Both the position numbers and the translations under genes were made by a program. A DNA stretch of 64,000 bases from Okamejei kenojei. Taxonomy: Eukaryota. The stretch spans positions 15,748,001 to 15,812,000 of the forward strand of contig CM069164.1 in NCBI GenBank assembly GCA_035221665.1, given 5' to 3'. Below are positions 51,356-64,000 of the stretch, in pieces; the stretch's first letter is position 1; each line of letters opens with the position of its first letter. The notes under the pieces are model-generated. The model was not told the origin of the DNA, searched no databases, and saw nothing but the letters and a program-made list of their open reading frames with translations.

Positions 51356-53604
51356 ATCCTGCTGTACCATTTGTTAAGATCATGGCTGATGTTCTTTAAC
51401 CTCAACTTTGCACTCCTACCTACCTGCATAAGAAATAGAAATAGAAATAGAAACAGGTTAGCTAACAGGCCCCCTGAGCCTGCTCTACCATTCATTGAGA
51501 TCATAGCTGATATTTTGTCTCAGTGCCATTTTTCAGTACTGTCCCCGTGCTCTTGATTCCCTCAATGACTACAAATCTGTTGGTCTATGTTTTGAATGAA
51601 TTCAAAGAACTAAGCCTCCACAGTCATTGGGGGAGGTGAATTCCAAAGATTCACCATCCTTTGAGTGACAAAGTTTCTCCTCTGCTACGATCGAAGCAGT
51701 CTACTCCTAATACTGAAATAGTGCCCCTATCTAGATTCCTTCACCAAGGAAATCATTCTGCATGCTTCTTGCCACTTACGGCCTTTAGGAATTATGTATG
51801 TTTTGACTGGCGTTTCTCTCATTCTTCCTAATTGAAGAGAATTATATCCCCGATTTCTTCTCAGTCTCTCCTTATAGAGCAAACCTACCATGCCTGGAAA
51901 CAGGTAAATTTATCTTTGCTGCACTCCCTCTTTGGAAAGTATATCCTTTCTTTGAAAATGAAACATAATACTCCAGTCTTCACAAGGTCCTTTATAAATG
52001 TAGTAGGAATAATCTTGTAATACTCTTTTCATCTGAAGGCCAAAGGCTGTGCTGATGCGCTGTGAATTTCATAATCTAAGGTGAATGGCTCTTGAAATAT
52101 TCAAAGTGGTCCACATTTTCCAGAGACTCGTCATACACCTTTAATATTGGGGGAAGGTGTTGTACAGTGAGGACAGGTTTGTAGAGAACCTATGTTTTCC
52201 AAATGTTGTGCAAGATTTATTCCCTTGAATGCCTTGGTGAACGAGTGGACAATAACTTGAAGCTTCGTCTTCCAATGTGTGCATACATAAACACTGTCTG
52301 AGTACTGCAGTTCTGTGCCTGAAGTTGGGGTATTTTGATTCTGGAATGGTGGTGATGTAGGTTGTGGATTCACTGGTCATGCACTGCATGCCATCATTTA
52401 ACTGGTGTCTGATGTAAATACATTTCTGTAATCAGCCAAATCTGAGAAGAATGCATCATAATCTCTTTCAATTGGCAAAGTCAAAGATTTAGGAAGGTTA
52501 AAAGATACTGCTCCTCGCATTTCCTCTTGTCGTAAAAATCATGTCCACTAATGTCTCTAATGGGCAGAATTCACACAGTGATTATGGGAGCAGCTCCTTA
52601 ACAACTAGGAGGAGGAACCTGAGGAGGACCCTGATGAAGACTTTCCCTGAAGCAACAGGGTTGGATGATTGTGTTGTTGATATATTTCCCATGGATCGTA
52701 CATTAAAGGGATTGATTCCCATTTGGTAGTCACACATTGTCCTAAACTCAATTTGATGAGCGTTGTCAATGTACCCCTGTCCAACACTCTAACCAGACCC
52801 TCCACTTTTGACTCCATCCACACCACGATGCTTCTGAAAAGCAGCCAACACAATCAAAGACTTGTCCCACCCCTATCATTCTTTCTTTTCCCTGCTCCAG
52901 TCAGCAAAAAGGTACAGAAGTTTGCCAGCATGCGCTACCAGACTGAAGAGCAGTTTCTGCCCTTCCGGTATTAGGCTTCTGAATGCTCTCTATGGAACTG
53001 ATGCGCTACAATGTTGAGAACTTTATTCTGTATTCCGTATATTCCTCTTTGTTCTACCTATTCTGCTAGTTCAATTTACATGACGATCTTTGCACCATGC
53101 TGCTGTTTTGCATCCTTCATGCCATTTATTGTTGTATCTATCAATACTGCGTATACTGTTTACTTTATGAGCAACATGAACAAGGAATTGCCTAGCACCC
53201 TGGTGATATATCACGTCAAACTAATGTGAATGTCTCTTTATACCTAATACACTCCAAATCAGTCAATATCCTTCTACACCCTCTCCAAAAACTCCACATC
53301 CCTCGCCAACAGTCTGACTGTTCTCTCTTCTGTTTTTGTTATTTTAAGTCTGTGTTAAAAGAGTATAACCATATAACCATATAACAATTACAGCACGGAA
53401 ACAGGCCCTCTCGGCCCTTCCAGTCCGTGCCGACCATGTTATGTTTTATGTTTTAGTGTTCCTTGGTTTGTTGTATGTGGGGGGTCTGGGGGAAACTTTT
53501 TTCAATCACTTACCTCGACAGGTATTGCAGTGGCCAAATCTTCACACAGTAATCCACATTGGGCCTAACAAAGGTTTCACGCAGCTGCAACATACGATAA
53601 GAAA

Positions 53605-55015
53605 CGATAGAACTTAATTTATCCCAGGAGGGAAATTGATCTGCCAACAGTCATAAAAACACAAAATACATGAATCATGAAATTAAAGTGACGAGTGGAA
53701 AGAATTGGGGATGTGCAAAGATTGGGGAGGGGGGAGGGGAGTCAGCCTCAGTCTACCCCATGACAGAAGGGAGAGGAGTTGTATAGTGTGATAGCCACAG
53801 GGAGGAAGGGTCTCATGTGTAGTTCGGTCCTGCATCTTCGTGAAAGCAGACTGTTGCTGCAGTTGCTCCTCAGGTTGACCAGTGTGTCATGGAGGGGGTG
53901 AGCAGTATTGTCCAGGATGCTCTGCAGTTTGAGGAGCATCCTCCCCTCCAAGACCATCTCCCATGATTCCGACTCTGCCCCCCCGGACGGAGCCAGTCTT
54001 CCAGATGAGTTTGTTAATCCTATTGGCGTCTGCGACCTTCGCCCTGCTGTTCCAGCACACGACAGCGAAGAAGATGGCACTGGCTACCATCGATTGGTAG
54101 AACATCTTACTGCATACGTTGAAGGAGCGGAGCCTTCTCAAAAAGTACAGTTGGCTCTTCCCTTCTTGTAGAGGGCCTCGGCGTTCCTGGACCAGTCCAG
54201 TTTACTGTCCAGGTACACTCCAAAGTATTTGTACTCCCTGGTAAACTGCACATCCACATCATTGATGGAGACAGGTGACAGGGGTGTTCCTCTCCTCCTA
54301 AAGTCCACCACCAACTCCTTAGTCTTGTCGATGTTGAGCTGCAGGTGATTGACAAAGTCGTTGACCACACCTCTGTATTCAGCTTCGCTCCACTCACCGA
54401 TGCAGCCCACAATTGCAGAGTCATCTGAAAACTTCAGCAGGTTCAGGAGTCCAAGTTATATCTGAAGTCCGAGGTGTAGATGGTGAAAAGGAAGGGAGAG
54501 AGGACAGTCTCCTGTGGGACCCCTGTGTTGCTCACTACCATGTCTGAGACACAGTTCTGTAGCCTGACATATTGTGGTCGTCCAGTCAGGTAGTTGGTGA
54601 TCCAGGGCACCAATGGAGCATCCACCTGCATCTTCATCAATTTGCTCCATAGCAGTGCAGGCTGGACGGTGTTAAAAACACTGAAGAAGTAAACAAAAAC
54701 ATCAGTATCACAATGCTTCCCAGCTTATCCCGGTGAGCATAGGAATGATGGAGCAGGTGGATGATGGCGTCCTCAACCCCTATCTTTGTTTGGTAAATGA
54801 ACTGCAGGGGGTCCAGGGTTTAACCAGGGGTTGCATGTGAGTAAGCACCAGCCTCTCCAGGCGCTTCATGGTGTGTGAAGTCAGCCCCACTGCTCTGTAG
54901 TCATTGGAGGAGCTGGGGCGTATCCTCTTTGGTACAGGAACCAGGCAGGATGCCTTCCACATCACAGGAACCCTCTCCAGGCTCAGGCTCAGGCTGAAGA
55001 TATGCTGGAGCTGGA
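53605..55015 (-). mobile_element. Rex1/Babar-type LINE RT and 3' end (second subfamily)
   Basis: ORFs give LVPVPKR..NDYRAVGLTSHTMKRLERL, GVPQETVLSPFLFTIYTSDF, LQLNIDKTKELVVDFRR and VASAIFFAVVCW. Confidence 0.9.
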
Positions 55016-55662
55016 GTACATGACTTCCCAACTTTTATACTTAAAGCCCAGACTAATGAGGGCAGGCATGCCTTCTTTACCACCCTATCCATTTGTGTCT
55101 GCCACCCTCAGGGAGCTGTGGATTTGCACCACAAATTCCCTCAAGAGGCCTAACATTTACTGTATACGTTCCTTTTGCATTTGACCTCCCTAAATGCAAC
55201 ACCTCACAGTTGTAATGGAACTACTAACACTATTCTTGTTCAATTAAAATTGAAAACAGCATTTAGCCATCGCCAAAAATCCAAAAATTGGCACGTCTAA
55301 TCTTATATGCCAAAATTCATGCAATATTTAGAAAGAATCGCAGACCTGTGGATCAAACCAGATATGCTGTTGATAAATATTTCTTTCAATACTATTGCTT
55401 TGGAAATTATTTGTTTAACTTTTATAATTATCTCTTTGCAATCCTGTAAATACACTTTGTTCAGTAACAATGTAATAAATATGGTAGGTTAATTGAATCT
55501 AGCGGAATCCCCTTGTGCCTGCTCTCATTACTATTGTCAGTGTAACTGTTCAAAACTAACTCAAGGAAAATAACTATTGAGTAGCTTGTAAATAGGCCAC
55601 CTGACTAATTGTCATAGTTCCTTTTAAATGTTAATCATGCCTCTATACATATCTGTTACTAA

Positions 55663-55915
55663 AGGGCCTGTTCCACTTGGGCGCCATTTGCGCGTCATGC
55701 AGGTGGCGCGTGAAGATTTTGTGAATCCCAAAATCTTGGGACGTCTGTGAGCGACCACGCGTCACTGCCCACGTCACCATGCACCATGCGCGCGTAATGT
55801 GCACCATGCACGTGTAATGCACACCATGCACACATCACGCGCGCGTCGTGCGTTGTGACGCGTAAATGATGCCGCATAAATGACGGGCAAATTACGCCAA
55901 AGTGGGACAAGCCCC
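55663..55915. mobile_element. PIF/Harbinger-type MITE
   Basis: TIRs agggcctgttccacttgggcg and cgccaaagtgggacaagcccc; TAA TSD at 55660-62 and 55916-18; CpG-rich; same TIR family as the 26.3-kb elements. Confidence 0.8.
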
Positions 55916-58249
55916 TAAATGGCCTAACATATATACCCTCATCTGAAAATGCTGATCATTGCAGACAGACCTCTTGGTTGAGGTCTCGCTGCTGAACTTT
56001 CAGTAGGGTCATCATGGGCTACTATCGAAAAGCATTTAAAAGTGTATTTCCACAGCGAAAATGGCGCTGCTTGGTTTAGCTTTTATCTTGGGCTGCATTC
56101 ACCTTCCTGCTTCCTTGGGTTAACAACCAACTTTTTCGTCTTGCTGACACCATGAAAGAAGATTCCAAATCTCTAACCCGTACTATGTGTCATCATTGTT
56201 GTTGATCAGGCCAACAACAGTGTCATCGGCGAACATAAACAACGCGTTGGTGCTGCACTTGGTCATACTATCATGGATGTACAGAGAATGGAGCAGGCAA
56301 GTAAGCACATTACCCCGAGGAGCATGAGTGGTCGAGATAAGGGTGAAGGAAATGGTATGACCAATTCTATCTGACTGAGGTCTACAATCATGGAATGTAC
56401 AAAATTGTATTGTTCTCTCTGAAGTGTGAGAGATTGAGTGTTGACCATAACATTTTGAGGTATGTATTCAGAGTCTTTTTCCTAAAATGGAAATTTAAAA
56501 TATTAGAGAGTCCAGCTTTAAGGTGAGAGGGGGAAGTTTAAACTTATAGCAATATTTAGTTTTAAAAACAGGAAGAGATAGGTGTCTGGAATACGCTACC
56601 AGGGATGGTGGTAGAAGGTACAACAACATTTAAGAGCAGACAATAAAGGTACATTGACCATGTGCAAGCAGATGGGATTAATTTAATTTTTCATAAATGT
56701 TGGGGCAGACATACAATGGTTGAAGGGCCTGTTCCCATGTTGAATATTGCTATGTAATATTCAAATCACATTAACAGAACCTGTTGGGACAGATTTCTTG
56801 CCATTGATGTCCTAACTGCTGAATGGCTGATTTTTGGTGAGTTTCTGACATGCAGTGTTGTTACAGTCACTGAGAGGCTGGATTTAAATTTTAAATGGTT
56901 TAGCAATCTTTGGCAAAGGAAGGGCTTTCACAAATGTTGGAAGACAATGTTATTATTTCTTTTACTGAGACCGCAAGGCCAGTTATTCTATGATAAGCAG
57001 TGTTGCAATTTCTCAATTCCTACTGCACAGCATAGGGACTGGGAAAATAGGACTTGCGTCCTACTAAATTTACATTTCTCTCTGATCTCGGGAACCTCCA
57101 GAGACACAAGCAGGAACAAAACCCAGATATTTTTTGGAATGTTGTGCTGATGACCTTTACACAGGGATTCAAAGATATATGGCAGACATAATGCGAAGAG
57201 CTCTTTAAAAGAAGTGATACGTGGGTGCTTGCTATTAATAATCATGGTTCATGATTCATTATGGCTGCTTTTATTATAGAGTCATAGTTTTTAGTTAATC
57301 AGCTCCAGAATGTTGTCAAATATTGAAATCATGGGTACTTTTTGTTGGTGTCATGTAATTTAAATCTTAATGTGTTCTGCAAGAGTTCACCCTCTTTTCC
57401 TGCCGCTATCATCAATATTCACTTTATTCCACTGGAGCTTTCAGATGAGAAAGTCTCATTTTTCAAGGAGAATTACTGCATCACTTCTATTTTTCTTTCA
57501 ATGTACTATACAGAGGAATGTGGTTTTATTTTAAAGCAAAAACAATAATATACATTTCTAAAGCTTCTTTAATGTCATGAAATTTCCCAAGCTCCATTAT
57601 AGAAGCGTTCAAAATTTGATATTAGCTTACACTTTGGGACAGATGACCAAATATTTGGTCAGAACAGTAGGTTTTATGGTGCATCTTTAAGGGGAGGGGA
57701 TTTTGAAGTTTAAAAGCATAACCATTGAAGGCATGATTGCCAATAGTCCTAGGATCTTGAGTGCTGCAATTCTTCATTGATGCTCCCTACTAAACATTCT
57801 TCCTTTAAGGTGCTGATCAAAACCTACAATTTTGGCCAAGTGTTTGCTCATTGCTTAATGTCTCCTAATGTGTCAGATTGTGTTTGATATTGTTACTCTG
57901 AATGGGGCCGTTTGCTTTAAAGATTTATAAAAAATCGGTGTTGATGTTGTTCATGTTATTGATGATCTGGACCCCTTATAGTGGTCTACAGCCCTGCTCT
58001 TAAAGATTGCAATTAACTTTCTCACTCAGCTGAAGGAATGCCTGATCTTGTGGGGGACCAGTGGTTCACAAGAGAACTTCCTGCTCTTTGTTCTATAGTC
58101 AATCCTTTGAACCTGACTCTTTAGCCACTATGTAATTGGCCCTCGATATTTAAAATTTAAGGGATCTCATTCATTTTTCTCTCTGATTGTTCGGGTGAAC
58201 TTTTTTGGTATTTTTCACTTTGAATTTTGTTGATGACATGTTAATGCAG

Positions 58250-58560
58250 TTAGTTTCGATGGTTTTGAGATACAGCACGGAAACAGGCCCTTCAGCCCAC
58301 CAGGCCCGCGCCGAGTAGCGATCCCTGCACATGAGCACTATCCTACACACACTAGGGACAATGTACACTTTACCAAGCCAATTAACCTACAAACCTGTAC
58401 GTCTTTGGAGTGTGGAAAGAAACCGAAGATCTCCGAAAAAAACCCACGCAGTCACAGGGAGAACGTACAAACTTCCTTACATACGGCTCCCGTAGTTGGG
58501 ATTAAACCCGGGTCTCTGGTGCTGCAAGTGCTGTAAGGCAGCAACTCTTCCGCTGCGCCC
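58250..58560 (-). mobile_element. HE1-type V-SINE, near full length
   Basis: Reverse complement begins gggcgcagcggaagagttgctgccttacagc...gacccgggtttaatcc; V-domain present; 3' end gggcctgtttccgtgctgtatctc. Confidence 0.88.
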
Positions 58561-59515
58561 CTTTGATTTGCAATATACTTTCTATTTATTAAATTGTACT
58601 GAATGGAATTAGGAGCTAAGAGCAGCCCCCGTCGTTTCATCTTTATAATTGGCCACTAGGAAATTGTGCTTGTATTGTGTCAAGCTGCCCTGGGAGGAAG
58701 CAGCTGGCTGTTGCTTATTCTCCACCCGATGTATGATGGCTGGGATCCAAAATCTCTCAAAGGATATTTTTCGTGTATGTATAAACTTATTTGCAAATGT
58801 GGTTGAATAGTGTTTACATAATGATTTTGTGTGGCATTGATAAAACTGACAACAGCATTCTTTTAGGAAGTAGAATTTGAAATTCAAATTCCAATTAAAA
58901 ATTTCTCTCAGGAGTGTGCGCTTCTCTTGCTATTAGCTTAGCATGTTGATGAATTAACTAATTATCTATGTCTTGGCTTCAGTCATCTTTAAAGCTACTA
59001 ATACTTTGGTACTCTGGAAAACATTTTTGGATCCAGATATACCAACACAGTGTTCTGTAATTAGAAATACTGTATTAAAAATATTTGACTCTAATTATTG
59101 AAAAGGGTAACACATTATTACAAGATATTGCAGGAACAACATAGAATTGGAAATGCTGCTTTAGCTCAACTGATATATATATTTATCATGAACATATAAT
59201 TTACATATCAACAATTTCATTTATATTAATTGGGGTCATTTAAACTGGAGCAGATGGATTGCTGTCTATGATTTTGCAAATTTAATTGTTTCAGTGTCGA
59301 ACAGCATTTTTACAGCATCAGTACATCATTAAAGAGTCTCACCTTTCAGATGCCTCAACTAAAACAGAAAACATTGACCTGTTGGTCAGATGCAAAACTG
59401 TTGTCAAAGACACTTCATAATTAACTGCTTTATGATGGCAACAATCACTGATCCACAAAAGATATACCTCATTTGGTATATTCAGTCACAGGATATGTGC
59501 AGATGTAAAGAATTA

Positions 59516-59520
<5 letters not shown>

Positions 59521-59566
<46 letters not shown>
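59521..59566. repeat. (TA)n microsatellite
   Basis: About 23 perfect TA units. Confidence 0.97.
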
Positions 59567-59570
<4 letters not shown>

Positions 59571-59770
59571 TAAAGTTGCCCTGATACATTTGATCCAAGA
59601 TGTGAAATGGGGGCATTGGAAACAGCTCACTCCCAGCAGAGTTCTCGCTGCAAAATTATTGTGCAGCAGGAACAAAAATATTGTATTACTTTTTTTAAAT
59701 GTTATTTTTTCCAAGACATTTAATTTGTGAGTAGATGAACAAGTCAGATAGTAGTTTTATAGATAATACT

Positions 59771-59906
59771 TCTTCTTGTGTATGACGTGCACAGCCTAAA
59801 GTTGCAGGGCAACTTGTTCTATTTGATCTTATTTGTTTGTGCACTCCGGGTTGATTGCATTCGTTGAAACTGGGCGGACCACGTGAAGGTTGCAATCTTC
59901 CACCTC
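59771..59906 (-). mobile_element. HDV-ribozyme-headed retroposon, copy 3 (more diverged)
   Basis: Reverse complement reads GAGGTGGAAGATTGCAACCTTCACGTGGTCCGCCCAGTTTCAACGAATGCAATC...AAGAAGA; imperfect TSD tagataatact (59760-70) and tagttaatact (59908-18). Confidence 0.85.
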
Positions 59907-62005
59907 CTAGTTAATACTGAAAAGTGAGCTCAGAATCAGGACTAATTAAAGTGTTAACAGCAATGTAACGTTTCAATGATAATTTATGTACCATCTGCAC
60001 AGTTTAATCGTGTTTGTTAGTTTAAGACATTCCATAAAATATCCATATAGTATAATATAGAACTTTGCTGCCAAACCTTTGTGGACATAAATACACTTAT
60101 TTTATTACTTTAATAAATGGTGTACTTTTTAAGTAGAACCAATGTAAAGCATCTTGCCAAGCCAGCTGATTGGCAGTATTCTAAATTTGCACTTAGGATA
60201 TTGATGTAATAGGCAAAACACTCAAATATCTTTGCCATTAGTCGCGGCCTTTAAGGACCTACTAAGGTCAGCAATTTCCTGTGCTGAAACTCTGTCCACC
60301 TTTGCACAATTGTACTATCTCAGGTTAGGAAATTTCAAGTTCAGAAGAAGGATGGTTGATACCTTCAGAGCCAGAGACAGGCTGATATTTTCTTCCTCTG
60401 GAAAGAATGATTAGAGTTTATCCATTCCTCTTCAGTAATATTACCTATCAATCAAACTGGTGATTGTATCTGAGTTTCCTGTTTTCAGATTCATGGCTCA
60501 CAAATTTAATAATCTTGCCTGGCAGGCATTTCCCTGCACTGACGGGCAATTGCATGGTTCACAAGTAGCTGCAAGCTGCTTAACTGTTTGAGAAATATGC
60601 AAATCTAGCAATTTTCTTATCCAAATGTAGAAAATATGTTTACATAACATTTTCACACATCTTGACTTACTACCTACTCATAAGTACGCACCAATACTAT
60701 GTTTCCTACTCATAACAGGGTGTAACTCCGCTTGATCCAGCAAATAGCTTCCAACTATACTAAAGTTTGCACCTCCCTGCTGTCTTCACCGTCCATACCC
60801 TGGTACCAAAGCAACTCTGATAACATTATCAATCCACAGCTCGCCTGAAAGTGCAGAACCTTGAATAACAATTTACAGCAGCGACAGTGGTACCAGACCA
60901 CAACAACACTCCCAATATCAAATGAGTCACAGAAATTAATTAATTTCTGTTCGAAAATCATCAAAAATTCTTGTCACTCGTGTAAATGCATTTCTGGTGC
61001 ATTAAGCAATGTCTTATTTTGCAGCCATGAGTTTCTAAACTATTAATTCAGTAAGTCCACGAACTATTATTGAAGGTTTTGTTCATTGTTAATGTGATGG
61101 GTTGCACTGCACCTTGTCATCAGGAGTTATGCTAAGTGCTGCATATTTCCCTAAGGGCTGGTATAGCAGGATGAATTGTACGAGGAGGATGTTAGATAAC
61201 GGCTATTAGCAACATTCAGTTGAAGACTGCTACCTGGACATTCTTGTGCTGAGACTGATGCAAGTGAATGAGCTTAGAACAGCAATGAGAAAACTCAAAT
61301 GGCAAGCCTGATTAGGTAATGATATTGCTGTCTTTAAATTGGTTGTATGTTATGGAAATCTCTGTCAATTCATAAGCAAATGCAGACAGCAAGTATATTC
61401 CTGAAATTGTCAGGCAGTCAATAAGTCAGTTTATTGTGTACTGTTGTTTAAGTTTCAGCACTTTGAGCATTACATAAAAATTTAATTTTTTAAAATAGAA
61501 ATAAAGACACACATTCAGACCATCTAGCCTATGCCAGCTCTCAGAGAAATTCTATCAACCTCATTCCTCCATTTATTTCCTGTTGCTTTTTCTCCCTCTC
61601 CTGCAACCCGCTGACAGTCCTCTGATTTTTCCCCTCTCCTCACCAACATCAGCGATAATTTACATCAACCAATTAATCTACCAAACGGCACCAGATTGTT
61701 TTTTACCTTGTAATTCAGTCTATGGGGGGTGACCTGACAATTTAATTCTCCATTCAACTCCCACTATGACATATTGGTTTAAGGCATCCTGCAATATTAC
61801 AATGAAACTTAATGCAAGCAAGCTTGAGGAATAGCACCTCATCTTCCATCCTGGAAACTTGCAGTCTTCTGGATCCAATATTGAATGCTACAGTTAATGA
61901 AGGAAATGGTCACTGTGAAATGCTGAAAGGGGAATATGTGTTGTGGTGGAGTATCTTCGAAGGTGTTGGAAATTGAAGAAAATGATCTGGGTGGAAGGTG
62001 AGGAC

Positions 62006-62215
62006 CAAAGATCCTATAGCGGAGCAAGATAGATCACTCCTGCTAAATGCAATAGACTGACGTGTAGTACGCAACGGAACGGATCGTGGGCCTTTTTTTC
62101 ATCCATTTCCATAACCGGACTGGACCCGACCCGACTCGCAGTGTAATCAACGTTGCGGGGGAACAGTTTGTCTTTTTTGTCGAGTGGACCATCTTGCTCT
62201 GCTATAGGATCTTTG
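62006..62215. mobile_element. MITE with ~34-bp terminal inverted repeats, superfamily unclear
   Basis: caaagatcctatagcggagcaagatagatcactc at the left end and gagtggaccatcttgctctgctataggatctttg at the right end. Confidence 0.75.
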
Positions 62216-62639
62216 TTCTGGGGATGTGAGCAGAGCTGTGGGAAATGGATGAGGTGTCATAGAATCCATGTGGGCTAGTGCCCATCCATGCCAGTCCCAT
62301 TTGCCTGCATTTGACCCATATCTCCTTAAGCCTTAGCTATCCATGTACCTTTCCAAATGCCTTTTAAATTTGTTATTGTGCCTGCTTCAATCACATGAGG
62401 CCAAGGGCTTTGTTAACAATGAAAGAAGGAAGACCTTTCACTGTAACCTGAGTGGAAAGTCCACAGCTGTGTAAATGTTACAGAGATGGAGGAACTGGAA
62501 GAATGTAATGCATTCCTTGCAGGAGACAGGGTGGACTGTGAACCACATCATAGCAAACAAGCATGTTGTACACCATTTTGATTTAAATTTGAAAACATTT
62601 TTAGCTGTGAGATATATAGTTGTGTCCAAAGTGCAGTCA

Positions 62640-63150
62640 TAATATGACTGGCCCAGGAACTTGCACCAGTCCTGACCAAGTGTGTCCAAAGACATTGTGG
62701 GAAACCAGCAGATAAATTACTGGGGCCCTGGCAGAGATATTTGTATAATCGTTAGCCATGAGGAAGGTATTGGAAGATTGGTAGGTGGCTAATTTTGTGC
62801 CTTTACTTCAGAAGGGCTTCAAGAATAAATCAGGGAACTACAGGCTGGTGAGCTTGATATCAGTGGCTGTAAAGTTACTGCAGGTAACTCTGCGAGATAG
62901 GATCAATGTGCATTTGGAAAGTAATGGGCTGATTAAGGATAGTTAGCTTGGCTTTGTGTGGGAAATCAAATAGTGGGCGGTTGGTATATGGAACACCATG
63001 CCATGAAAAGTGGTAGAGGCATGACAATTATGAAATTTGGCTAGATACATGGACAGGAAAGGTTTGGAGGGATATGTGCCATTGGGACTTGCTCAGGTAG
63101 GTAATTGGCTGGCACAGACGAGTTGGGCCAAAGCTCTATAACTCTATTTC
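62640..63150 (+). mobile_element. Decayed CR1 fragments
   Basis: gattggtaggtggctaattttgtgcctttacttcagaagggc...gggaactacaggctggtgagcttgatatcagtg (ANxVPLFxKG..GNYRLVSL), then 3'UTR. Confidence 0.75.
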
Positions 63151-64000
63151 AATCCTGTCCTGGATTCATCTGGGGTTGCCTTGGGTTCACAGCTGAAGTG
63201 GTTGTGATGCACTGTGCAACAACTCTTTTACCATCTGTATGAAGGAACTGCAGATGCTGGTATAAACTGAAGAGCGACACAAAATGCTGGAGTAACTCAG
63301 CGGGACAGGCAACAAAATACGAGGTGCTGTTCCTCCAATTTGCGCTGGGCCTCACTCTGATAATGGAGGAGGCCCAGGACAGAGCGTGGGAATGGGAGGG
63401 GGATTAAAGTGTTTAACACTTTAATCTTAATGCAGCGCAACTTGGACCAACCACCATTAACACATCCGTTCCAGTTTAGCAAGCTGTATTTGCATCCCAG
63501 CCTCCACAAATGTTTGAGGAAGAGTGCTCTTGATTTACGGGCTCTTAGTATGGAAAACTGCATCCTAATTTCATTCCTGAAAGTCTTTGTTCTAATTTTC
63601 AAGTTTCTCCATCCGATGATACTGCTCTCAGCCTCGTCTTATCAAAAAAAAATCAGTAAAATGTCAGAGAACAGACTAGGTTGGAAAGCAACCTCTGCGA
63701 GTGAACCTATGCTCATCATTTAATTCTCTCCCCCATATAATTAGGATAAATCGCCACTCCCCTTTCATGTTCCAGATAACCTTGCTCAGATGCATTTCCC
63801 AAAACTGAACATAGTTGCTCCAGAATGAAGTCTGACCAAGGCTTTGTACAACTGAAGGAAAGCATAGTGAGATGAAGTAGTAATTATTTTTCCGTTTTTT
63901 GTTTGTCTCTATTGATAACTTTATATTTACCTTATGATCCTTATTGTTCTTCTACTGTTTTCATCTTCTCACATTTAAAGACTTCATTTTCTCTCATTAT

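Overview
Vertebrate genomic DNA, almost certainly a cartilaginous fish (skate/ray-like, inferred from HE1-type V-SINEs and elasmobranch-style CR1 and Penelope repeats). The only supportable host coding sequence is one 93-nt EGF-repeat exon of MEGF11 (2508-2600, + strand); the rest behaves as intron. It is filled with decayed CR1, Rex1/Babar, RTE and Penelope retroelements, V-SINEs and Harbinger- and Tigger-like MITEs, and nearly all ORFs in the track are TE debris or chance. The standout is a ~130-nt retroposon present three times (9383-9512 +, 20803-20938 -, 59771-59906 -), each copy flanked by its own target-site duplication. Its first 54 nt fold as a minimal HDV/CPEB3-like self-cleaving ribozyme starting exactly at the cleavage-site G, followed by a hairpin domain and a (GAA)n tail, i.e. 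a ribozyme-headed SINE-like element. The intact copy is sense to the MEGF11 pre-mRNA. Also seen: fold-back Penelope terminal repeats with hammerhead-like cores, a ~275-bp inverted duplication with a template-switch signature, a 42-bp templated insertion and nested MITEs. All calls are by eye; boundaries of decayed TEs are approximate.
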